A stretch of DNA of 64,000 nucleotides from Neodothiora populina (Eukaryota): positions 620,001 to 684,000 of the forward strand of contig NW_027191406.1 of assembly GCF_041146345.1 (NCBI RefSeq). The letters run 5' to 3'. Made by a program: the position numbers and the translations under genes. The notes beneath the pieces are model-generated. The model made no database searches and was not told the DNA's origin. It saw only the letters and a program-made list of their open reading frames with translations. Positions 23,607 to 34,152 of the stretch are shown here, piece after piece. Numbering within the stretch: position 1 is the stretch's first letter; every line of letters starts with the position of its first letter.

Positions 23607-25383
23607 ATGGCATCTAAGCATCCGCTCGTCCAGGTGCAAGATGCTGCCAGCCGCTTCTATAGTGCTGTCTTTGCCTGGTCCCGGCAGCGGTCACTTCAAT
23701 GTATGACTCTTCTTCAGTGAACAATAGAAACCCGATGGTTGAACTGAAGTCGTCTTTCCAGCATCACATGGTCGGGTCATACTCTCCCAATACCGTGCCA
23801 CGAGATGCTCGTCCAGGCACTATGCGACGACATCTCCTCGTCCTCCTCGGCCTGCACAAACAACAAGAACAGAGGACACAAATGACACAAAACCACAATA
23901 TTATAGTCAACTCAGATTTCATAAGCTCCCACTCATGTTGCCCGCGAAGCGACGCACCATCCATCTCCCCGCGGACTATGCCGAGTACATCTTCATGGAG
24001 TGTGAAATCGCGCTCAGAAACATGACTCGGCTCACGGGGACAGACTATCAATTCGACATGAAGTCTTTGGACAGGGAGTCTAAAGTGCCGCGCCGCCTGT
24101 TCTTCACTGGAACAGAAGAAGGCATCTTAGAGGTGACTGGCCGACTATTGAAGCTCTGCGACTCGATCGCCAAAGAACTGAAAGATCAGCCTCGAGGGCG
24201 CATCGAAGATGATGCTCTCTTCCGCCTCGGTCGCATTGTAGATGCATCTACGCCAGATAGGGTGGACCCACCCGAGGCTATACGTGTAACGCACATGGGC
24301 TTCACCCCGGCGGAGCGAGAGGCCCTATATCTCCTGACATCCCCAGCTCTCAAAGCGATAAAGCACCGATTGCGCCTCAAAGAACTCGAACTTGTGAAAA
24401 AGCCCCAAGACCCTGACCAGGTCGCCAGCCTGCGCCTCAAGGGAAATCTCCCGTCTATCCGAGGCGCGTGGGAAGAGGTCGTGACTCTCCTGAGTCCCCA
24501 CGTCGACAGGGTCCTTCAGACCGACTTCAAGACAGCCATGCGAGCCGTCGCGGCCCCGGTCGCAGTCCTGACCTGTTGCATCCCACCAGACCCGGCCAAA
24601 CCTAGCAAAAAGTCCAAGTCCCCCGAGAGCAGATATCGAGGCATGACCGTCTCGTCCTTCACCGCAGTGACATTAACCCCCAAGCCCATCATTTCCTTCA
24701 ACATCCGCGTGCCGAGCCGCACCTGGGACGCCCTGCGCAGATCCGGGACGTTCAACCTGCATATCCCTGCGACCAACGAGCTAGGCAAGACGATAGCGCA
24801 CGCCTTCACGAAACCGCACACGAACCCGACGCAGACGTTCGACGAGCTCAAAGCGCAACACATCCCCGTCGTCTGGGGACGCAGCAAGGCACCGCAGATC
24901 AACGGCTCAGGCATCCAGCTGCGCCTCGACTGTCGGCTGTCGGACATCACACCGGTCACGGTCAGCGATCACGTCGTCGTCTTCGCAGAGGTCTCGAACG
25001 TCTTCGATAGAGATGCACACGTCAGGGCAGCGCATAGGCAATGGGCTGAGAGGGAGAAGAAGAGGATCAGCGGCGAACAAGACTCTGCCGCCGACACTGC
25101 TACTGTCGGTAGTTCAGGTGTTGCAGAGGAAGTGAAAGACGACTCCATGGCGCCGACGGGTCTGGTCTATGCTCATGGCCACTACGCGCGCGTGACGGAG
25201 CTGGACAAGGAAGAGGCAGACGAACCGCTCTCTGCTCCAGCTGATACCGCTGACGCTACTGGCGCCTACGATGCCGACACTACTGCTGCTGTTGGTCGCG
25301 CAGAAGCCACCAGCGCCGAAGACGCCGCGCCCGCCGCCGTCTCGTCAGAGCCATCGACTCCCTCATCGACCGTCAAAGCCTAA
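23607..25383 (+). CDS. Flavin reductase-like (PF01613-type) domain protein with long N-terminal extension, probably mitochondrial; exons 23607-23700, 23762-25383
   Basis: FKTAMRAVAAPVAVLT..RGMTVSSFTAVTL..ISFNIRVPSRTWDAL..SDHVVVFAEV..GLVYAHGHY. Intron GTATGA..CAG joins an Arg/Ser-rich N-terminal exon in frame with the 23935 ORF. Confidence 0.8.
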
Positions 25384-26464
25384 GGCCGGAGAAGAACCGC
25401 GAGTATATCGACCTACATATATGAACAGAGGCCTCGTAGGATGTGAAGGGAGAGAGGATGAAGTAAACAAATGCACGATAACAAGGCAGAAAAACACAAT
25501 AATCATAACAATCAGACGACATCCTGCAGGCTAGGTACCCGCTTATCTAAATCACCTACAGTATATGCAAGCGTACGTACATTGTGAAGCCACTGATAGT
25601 ACTCGCCGACCCATCTCATAGACGGCGAAAGATAACGTGAAGAAATTATCGAACACAACAACCCAGCGGAGTAAGACCTGATATAGACCACATATCAAGT
25701 CTCCCACAAAAGCATCATCAGACGAAATCGGAAAGAGGGCTGCAGAACAAAAGGATCTCTGACGAAGAAAAGTGCCCCCGAGTGATTATTTGGTTTCTTT
25801 GTTTGCGTTACTTGTATCCGCGTATAGGTGTGATCGGTCATCAATTCGACTTGATAGGTGAGTTTCTTTGTAGGTACCTATTCATCTTCTGTCCTGTTGA
25901 GAAATGCCTGATCCTGTTCCCGTCCGTTCCCCTGTTTTTCTGCTCCTTCCGTTTGGCTTATACATGATTTCCAATTTCCTTTCCCGCTCTCTGTTCTTTT
26001 CCTCCAAGTACCTGTTGGGCAAATGCTGCTAGCGGTTATACATGTACCCTTTTGGCAGGAGGATCCCTCGTTGTCTTTGGTTGTATTGGTTGGTACTTTG
26101 GTGTCCGAGCAAGCGCATGAGCAGTCCTTTTCGTGTGTCTGCTCTCTACTTTCTTCATCTAGCTTTTGCGTTAGAAGTGAAAACGCTTCTTGAAATCGAG
26201 GATCGTTGAAATTATAGTCCTGCGAGATCCAAGTATGTCGCTTTTCCTTGGTCAGAGAAGTCTGAGATGCCCACTCTTCTAGCTGAGACGCTTCCGAGCA
26301 TCTCTATCACGTGACATTTTTAGATCCTCAATTGCAAGTCTAGGGACGGTCCTCCCTAGTGGACAACTCGCCACAGTGGCTCCAGCCTCATGCATGTATG
26401 CATTCCCACACCCCATATCCTCTTTTCGTCCATTTTTTCGTTACCGTAATGTTGACCTTCTCTC

Positions 26465-29112
26465 TCATGGCAAATAGGCACCGCCAGCCAGCACCAGATT
26501 CATCTGTGTGAACCGAACCTTGTACACAGGGCTCTTCTTGGTGGGGAACGCAGAGATTTGATCAGGCGACACGACGACGTCCTTGCCTTTGCCCTTCTTC
26601 TGTTGACCACTCGCGCCTCCTGCTCCAGCGCCAGATCCTGACTTAGATCCTGATGCGCCGCCACCGCTACCGGTCGCTGCGTTCGAGCCGTCGAGTTTGG
26701 CGACGGCACTGCTGCTTCCGGATTCCGTCGACTTCCCGCCGTCGGCTGCACCACTGCCACCGTTTGCGGCGGCGCCGGCGGTAGCAGTGCCGGAACTGCT
26801 GATGCTGTTGCTGTTGGGATTCGGAGGCTGCACATCCCAGGTTCTCACCGTACCGTCTGCGCCACCGGATGCGAGGACGCTGCTCTCGACGCTCCAGTCC
26901 AGAGTCCATATTCCTCCGCGCACGTGGCCCTTCATGCGCTTGACTAGTCGTCCGGTCGCGAGGTCCCAGAGTAGTATTTCGCCTCTGTCGTCAGCGGATG
27001 CAACGAGCTTGCCGTTGGGCGCGCAGGACAATGCTGTGATGTTGCCTAGGTGGCCAGTAAAGAGACGGACGGCGTTTCCGCGCTGAATGTCCCACATCCG
27101 TACGCTACGATCTGGGGAGCCGGACGCTGTGAAAATGTAGGCCGAGTTGGGATGCCACGCGGTGACGTCGACATCAGAGTCATGGCCTACGAACAAACGG
27201 TGCGGTGCGATGTGTGCTGTCGACCACAGACGCGCCGTTCGATCTGCACCAGAAGAGACAAAATAGTGGCCAAAAGGTGAGAAGCGTACGTCCCAAACGG
27301 GCGAAGTATGTGAGCGGTAGACGACAAGATTGGTAAAGGTGTCCAGAGACCAGAGGCGGATCGTCGAGTCGGCTGAGCAAGAAAGTAGATATCGAGGATG
27401 TGATGAGTTCAACTGTGGCGTAGGCGTCGCGCCATTTGTTTGCGTGTCGTCGGATGGGACAGCGATTGTGGGAGAAAATGACAGCGCATAGACAGGGCCC
27501 GAATGGCCTACTAATCTGCGCGTTGAGGAAGGTTGTTGTGAAGCGGGATCGAGAGGGGATGTGAGTGGCTTGTTGTCCAGTGACCAGACGCGAATGTAAG
27601 ACTCCGAGGTTCCTACGGCTGCCAGTTGATTGTCTCCAGAAAATTCTATGCAGTTGAGACTGTCGAATGTGTTGTGAAAGGTAAACATCGTCACGCTTAC
27701 ACCAGGACCGACACCGTCAGTCCTACCTTCGATCTTGAAGCGATCACGATTTTCCCTGACGCGTTGCACCTGCATCGCAACGTCTCGAGCAAGTGATGGC
27801 GGAAACGGAATCCCCTCGCGCGAGGGCGCATCGTCATTGGGCTCCTGCTTTATTCGTTGTTCGAACTCCTCGAGGAGCGTGTTGCGACCAGGCGGAGGAG
27901 GGTTTGCAGCGTCGTTTTCTTGCAGTTCCGCTTTGACGTCTTCCATCAGATCATCCTCTAGCGGCATAGGCGCAAGCTGTAACTTTGTGAGAACCGGTGG
28001 CGCCTTGAGATCGGTATTCGCAGAGCCAGGATTGTGACCAGGGATGCCCTCGTCTTCGGCAGGTGTTTCAAACCCGTCTGTCGGGGCTTGCATAATCCTC
28101 GCCAGACTGCGCTCCTGTCCAATGGCCGCTCGCTCTCTAGCCTTCACGTCCATATGGGTCTGGACGATGTTCAAAATTACAGAGCCACCTTCGACGTCGT
28201 TAGCCTCCAGGAATTGCACAAAAGTTGAGAATGCGCTTTGGGTCAGTGTAATGCGGTAGCGGTTATTGCGATATAATTGTGCGGTCTGATTAGTTTGAAC
28301 ATGCTCCGGGAGGGAGATGTTGGAGAGTGCGCGACAGTCATCCTGATGTTCCTTCTGGAAGCGGTCGCTATATGCCTTGAAGAAGTTCTGGCACTGTCTA
28401 GGGTAGTGCTCAAGAGCCAGATTCAGAAACGCGTGGACAAAGATGGGCCAGAGAAGACGGCCAAGCTCGCCTTTGTAGATGTCGAGTGCTTTCTCCGTCC
28501 ATCCTAGAATCAGTGTATATGCTCGGTCATACATTTCGCCACCAGCCTCCTCCGCTCGGGAAATGATGGGTCGTCCGTCAGGATCTTGGTTGGCTGATTC
28601 TTTCCTCAGCATAGCTTCCGTCCGGTTATACCCCTTTTTGGCCAGATACTCCAGAACCTTTAAGTGAAATGTGTTATTATTGGGTCATAGGGGAAGAGAA
28701 AGCAAGTAACTGGAAAATGAACAAGATATATAGAAATTGCGAAAACACGTGCAATCTGTGAGTCGAAAAAGGACACTTGTGGAGAGCATGATAATCATCA
28801 GGAACGAAGAAATATAGCAACAATTGAACATGCAATGCCTCCATGACATTCATGTTGCGACAACGAGTGCCACGCTTCGAGACTTGCTCAAAGTGAACAT
28901 CGATGACCATCCACCCATTCACGGAGTAGACTCTCAAGGGCTCTTGCTGCTTTGATGGAAATCGTACATACTATTTGATTTAGATTTTGTTGCGACTGCG
29001 GTTGGCCTGGAGGCGGGGGAGGTGGCTGCTGCGGAGCCTGGTGATGCTGCTGGACCACATTCTGAGGGCCTACGCTCGCCGTTCGCTGCGGCGGAGGCTG
29101 TGGACCAGACAT
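26465..29112 (-). CDS. TAF5: TFIID/SAGA subunit Taf5 (LisH + NTD2 + WD40); exons 29112-28972, 28657-26465
   Basis: LisH QNLNQI|VLEYLAKKGYNRTEAMLRKES, LWPIFVH NTD2, WD40 repeats (LVGHSGPVY, PVWDVRFSPFGHYF) and C-terminal FPTKKSPVYKVRFTQMNL. Confidence 0.95.
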
Positions 29113-29411
29113 GTTGGATACAATCAATGGATGTAATCGCAGGACAGATGCGAGTGGGAGAGAATAGTCTTGGGTGAAGCGCAGATCATACAGTACATAG
29201 ACGAAGCGCGGCGATATCAATCAGGGACGTGAAGTCGCGTGAAGGTCTTGGCACGCTTCCCCACGCTTTCCTGTTCGACTGTGGGTGGAAGCATCAAATG
29301 AATCTATTTCGTGAATTGGATTTTGTCATTGTCACCTTCATCTCAATGGGCTGATTATCTACTGTCATAGCAGGGGACGAGTCCTGCGAGCTATATCCAT
29401 TCTTTGTCATC

Positions 29412-30011
29412 ATGGCTCCAGCACCAATGACACCCGCCGAGCGCATACGCGAGCTGTCTGCAATCAGCGCCGACGTGCCGGCCATGCTCTCCTCCGCGGG
29501 CAATGCAATCAGTGCTCTTACCAACAAGCCCATTGATCGCGAGGAAGACGAGGAGAACGGCACGAATCCCGGACCCAGCAAGAATGCGAGCGTCGTCGCC
29601 CACAAGGAACTATTTACAGAGAATGCGAAAGCATACTTGGTGAATCTACAAGCCATCATGGCACGCTTGCGCCGTCAAGCCTACGCGCTCGAAGAGGCCG
29701 GTATCATCGCACCTGAAGCACCGGCATTGAGTTCGACTGGAGACAGTGTCCAGAGAGCAGGTGCAGCAGCCGCCGCGCCCACTGCAGGCATGGCCAGGCG
29801 GGGTGCTCCAGGGCAAGGCGGTGCCGCCTCGCAGAGACAACAAAACACCGACGATGGAGAGAGAATCACAAATGGCGGCTTAGGCAATCTTGACGTGGGA
29901 CTGTTGAATTCGCGAGGCAATAGCGTCGGGATTGAGAAGGAGGCTGAACTTATCGCCGAAGCCAAAGAATTGCTCAAGGAATTCAACAAACCAAAAGGAT
30001 CAGGGGAGTGA
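29412..30011 (+). CDS. MED11: Mediator complex subunit 11
   Basis: ERIRELSAI...ARLRRQAYALEEAGII...NGGLGNLDVGLLNSR...KEAEL pattern of Pezizomycotina Med11. Confidence 0.85.
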   Translation: MAPAPMTPAERIRELSAISADVPAMLSSAGNAISALTNKPIDREEDEENGTNPGPSKNASVVAHKELFTENAKAYLVNLQAIMARLRRQAYALEEAGIIAPEAPALSSTGDSVQRAGAAAAAPTAGMARRGAPGQGGAASQRQQNTDDGERITNGGLGNLDVGLLNSRGNSVGIEKEAELIAEAKELLKEFNKPKGSGE

Positions 30012-30626
30012 ACAGGACCATTGGACACATGGAGGTGCTTGCCACCATCAGCCTATGAAGTTACGACCAAATGCCCGTCTATAACCTGGTTGCAATGCAG
30101 ATTCAGTCAGGTTCCTCGGGACAGCCAGATAACCTCGAGAGCACGGCTGTGTTGAATATCAGCCAGGCTTCATGTGATATCTGACCAGCCCTGTGAAACT
30201 ACGATACTGCCTCATGACATGGTAGAACTATCTCATAGACAAGGTCGAAGAGCATGTGTCAGACAGAGAGGATATCGATAACCGTGGTGGACTTTTACTC
30301 CACAATCGGGTACGAAACATGTCCCATAACAAGAATCACAGAGAAGATACAGTAAAGTAGATCAAAGCAAAACCAACGGTCATAGTTTCTTGTCTCTTGC
30401 ATGCCCAAGCCTCACATCCACAAGATACCTTGTGATTTAACCAATAGTGGTGGCATCAAGCACGCACGCGGAGACAGAAGCGGGCAGCAGACGGTATTGC
30501 CAAGGCCCAGCGTGATTGGACAGAATTTTGTGCAAGTCGTCGCTCCCACATCAGAAGTTAAAGTAATTCCCCTCGACAGTCCTTGTCTAACCCAACTCAC
30601 ATAATATATCAGAACATCCAGCAAAC

Positions 30627-31739
30627 ATGGGTGTACCTTTCGACTACGCGCCCGAGCGGCCAGAGCACATCGATGCGATCCTCAACGGGCTAGATCGCTA
30701 CAACCCGGAGACGACGACGGTGTTCCAGGACTATGTCGCCCAGCAGTGCGAAAGCCAGACCTACGACTGCTACGCCAACCTGGCCCTTCTCAAGCTGTGA
30801 GTCCCACCTGATTCTCAGAGAAAAAGAGCATGCTTGTGTGTTCGGAGAGACGGGGGAAAGAGGCGGGGAACCGACAAAATCGAAAGAAGGCGCAAGATGA
30901 TGACTACGTTTTAATCCACGTTTCCTATTACCTGATGGGCTACCTCGGGGCATGAATCACCCCAAGCCCAGCTGCTGTTTTATTATTAGCTCTATCTGAA
31001 TAATTGCGCCTTTCCGTCTCTTTGGACACATAAATCGCAGTTCTGGCAGACTTCATGCACTTTTACAGAAAGAGTCCAAAGAAGGAACACCCTGGCTGAC
31101 AGGATGGTTGTCGTTTCGCGACCGTACAGATACCAGTTCAACCCTCACTTGACCCGCGACGAGACGACGACCAACATCCTCGTCAAGGCCCTGACCGTCT
31201 TCCCCGGCCCAGACTTCAGCCTCTGCCTTTCGCTCCTGCCTCCCCACTCGCTCAAGCCCAACCCAGCCGCCGACTCGCTCGCCGAGGCCGTGCAAAAGCT
31301 CGCCGCGCTCGACAGCCTGCTGAACAACGCCCAGTACGACCAGTTCTGGTCGTCTCTCGACGGCGACGACCTCTACGCCGACCTCATCGCTGATGTGCAA
31401 GGGTTCGAGGACCTGACGCGCGTGCGCATGGCCGTCGTCATCAGCCAGAGCATGCAGAGCGTCGACAAGACCCTGCTCGGCGCCTGGCTCAACGTCAAGG
31501 ACGAGAGCTTCGACCACTTTGTCAAGGAGGTCTGCGGCTGGACCGTCGAGGGCGAGACGGTCACCATTCCCCTTAATAAGGAGAACGAGGCCCGCGGCAC
31601 CGTTGTGAGGGAGAACGTCAAGTTTGATCGTAAGTCTTTTCTCTTCTTATCCTTGCCTCATCTACAGCACCGCTAATCACAAAACGAACAAACAGAATTC
31701 TCAAGAATGATCAAGCGCGCATATGAGCAACCTGCATAG
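30627..31739 (+). CDS. eIF3k: Eukaryotic translation initiation factor 3 subunit K; exons 30627-30796, 31130-31629, 31696-31739
   Basis: [75 protein letters not shown] introns keep frame. Confidence 0.95.
30892..31004 (+). ncRNA. Intronic box C/D snoRNA, U44/snoR18-like, two rRNA guides
   Basis: Box C ATGATGA 30897-30903, D' CTGA 30932-30935, D CTGA 30996-30999. Flanking 9-bp stem AAGGCGCAA (30887-30895)/TTGCGCCTT (31004-31012). Guide TATTAGCTCTA is complementary to 18S UAGAGCUAAUA and CACGTTTCCTATTA to LSU UAAUAGGGAACGUG (rRNA sequences recalled). Confidence 0.85.
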
Positions 31740-32265
31740 ATGATAAGGGGGAAAAAAAGGGAAAAAGATTTCTACAAGATCACAAGTCTTTCTTATGCTG
31801 ACACGAGCATGGCGTTTTTTGTGTTGACGGTTACATAACAAATGAGAGGAGAGGAGAGAGTTGAAAAGCAGGACCGGTGACGGGGGAGAGAAGCGACAAT
31901 TTACGGCTTCCTAATGAGAAGCCGACGGCGCGCGTGCCTGGAAGAAAGGGTGATCCATCAAAAAGTCCACGGATGTAGAGGAGATGCTTGGTTCCGATCG
32001 TGTAATTGAATCGTCTGTCCCAAGAAGCCTAGAGATACAGGGCGGGGTTCTCTAACCAGTGTTTCAAAAGCGCTTGACCTCGAACCCCTCGAGCGTCCTT
32101 TTCTTCTCAATGAAATCCCATAACAAAAGACCGACCTGAAATGGATAATCGTGATGTTCTCCACGTTAGCATCTAAATCTAGTTCTTGACTTTTAATGCA
32201 TGCTACTCTACTCTACCCAACCCCTATCCCGATCCCGTTTATGTCTCGTACAACTCTCTGACCAA

Positions 32266-33676
32266 TCACTTCCTCGACACCTGCTCCTCCCACTGCACAG
32301 CAGCATACTCCTCAACATACCCAACCTGTCTCGGCGCCGCACCTCTAGCAACACAGTCCTTGGCGCAGACACCCAAGATGACAGTACCCCACTCCATGCC
32401 CTCGAGGCCCAACTCCTCGGCTTCGAGCTCGACGATGGCGTGCGGCGTGAGCTGGAGTTCGAAGACGCGCTCGGCGCCGCAGTTGGTGCAGCGCGGCATA
32501 CCGCTGCTTGTCTTGACACCAGTAGACGCAGAAGAAGAAGAAGAAGAAGAAGAAGAAGAAGAAGATGAAGAAGATGCGAGTTTCCTGCCCGCGGCGTCCG
32601 TCTTGCTATACAGCAACGGCGAGCCGGCGAATTCGTAGCGCAGCACTTGCTCTGGGTTCTGGGCCAGTCGGTCGGCGAATTTCTGGAAGGTCTTGTCCAT
32701 TGCGGACTCGAAGGCGGATTTGTTGTCGTCGTTTGTGGAGGAAGATGTCGTCGTCGAGTCTTCCATGTTGTCGATTTCCATGTCCGTCACGCGCGCGTTG
32801 GCTGGGACCGCGTCGTCGGGCTTGTCGAGGGTTTCGTAGTCTGCGTCCAGGTAGTATGATGGGTATGAGGGCGGGAAGGCATCGGCGGCTGGCCAGGGTT
32901 CTGCTGGGCCTAAGGGTTGTTTTGGTTCTTGCTGTTCCGATGGCGCGGGAGAGGAGATGCGGGCCTTTGAGGCAAAGGTTTCGGATAAGCTAGGGGGATT
33001 CGTCGCTGCTGGTTGTTGAGGCGGCTTGGCTGCGAGCGAGGATGTGCCCGCGAAGGGGTTCAACGGGCTTGAGTTTGAGGCGAAGGGATTGGCCGCCGGT
33101 GAAGACGACGCAGATCCTAGAGAGAATGGATTCGCAGATCCAGATTGCGAATTCGAGGGTTTTACACCGAACAGCGACTCTCCGATCTTCGGTTGCTGCT
33201 GCTGTGGCGCCGGTGATGGCTCTGGCGCAGATTCTTGCGTCGGAGCAGACTTCTGTTTCGGCTCCGGTATGTGACTGGCTCGAATGGCGCGGAACCCTCT
33301 GATACTACCCTCCTTCCTTCTGCATGTCTTCCTTCTGCATCCAAACAGATACAGTCGTCGTTCGTGGCCCGGGAAGCGTTCAGGAAGGTCTCCGTTCAGC
33401 TGCAGGAGCAGAGTGAGCAGGTTGTTGCATACTTTGCATTTTGCGAGACCACCGGGCGGTGGACTGTCACTATCTAGCCACGTCTATATGAGAGAGGCAT
33501 CAGTACTTTTTTCAATGTCAAGGAGCTCATAAGACTGAGAGTCATACCGGTAGTCCACCCAATTGGTTGCTTGGATCATCGGTGGGTTCTTTCGAGGCGT
33601 ATCCGAGCAGGACATTCGTCTCGGTGAAACTCTCGTCGTCATCTGCGCCAGAGGAGTCGCTGTCGTAGGAAGCCAT
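32266..33676 (-). CDS. TSR4: Tsr4/PDCD2L-family uS5 (Rps2) chaperone; exons 33676-33548, 33483-32266
   Basis: TNVLLGYA..QLGGLP|TWL..CKVC..LLLQL..HERRLYLFGC, and PDCD2_C domain DKTFQKFADRLAQNPEQVLRYEF..CTNCGAERVFELQLTP..GMEWGTVILGVC. Confidence 0.92.
32531..32575. repeat. (GAA)11 plus degenerate units; encodes a poly-Ser tract in TSR4
   Basis: Direct reading of the sequence. Confidence 0.95.
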
Positions 33677-34152
33677 TGTATAAAGCACTTCTGTTTCTAT
33701 TGTCTGGTTGTTATGCAGTGATACAGATTTCCCTTTATCAGAAAAATAATTGGGCTGATCGTCATCTTTCTGCCACCCCGCATCTTTTTTCTGCACGGGC
33801 CATTGGTCTCCTCTTCGGGCTATACCAGACGACTTCATTTGTTTCGAGGACAGTTATACACAGTAAGGTAATCAACCGACAAGGTCACTGAGAATCTAAC
33901 CTACTACCCGTTGGCGTTACTGGCACTGGTCAAAATATGTAGTGGGGCTTTGCTCGTAGTTGAAAATGTCCTCAAGCCGTGCCTCGGAATTGTGTCTTGT
34001 AGAATAGAGAAAGAATACCTTACGAAACCCAAACACCCCCCTTACCAATGACACCATGTCCATGCTAACCTTATAAACTGTAGCGCGCGGGCCCATTTGA
34101 CCAAGTACAAAGTGATCGTGACGGATAACAAAAGTAAGCACCGTTATCCATC

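Noticed and set aside
25717..25844. Minus-strand TTGATGA...CTGA pair suggesting a C/D snoRNA
   Set aside because: No recognisable rRNA-complementary guide and no convincing terminal stem.
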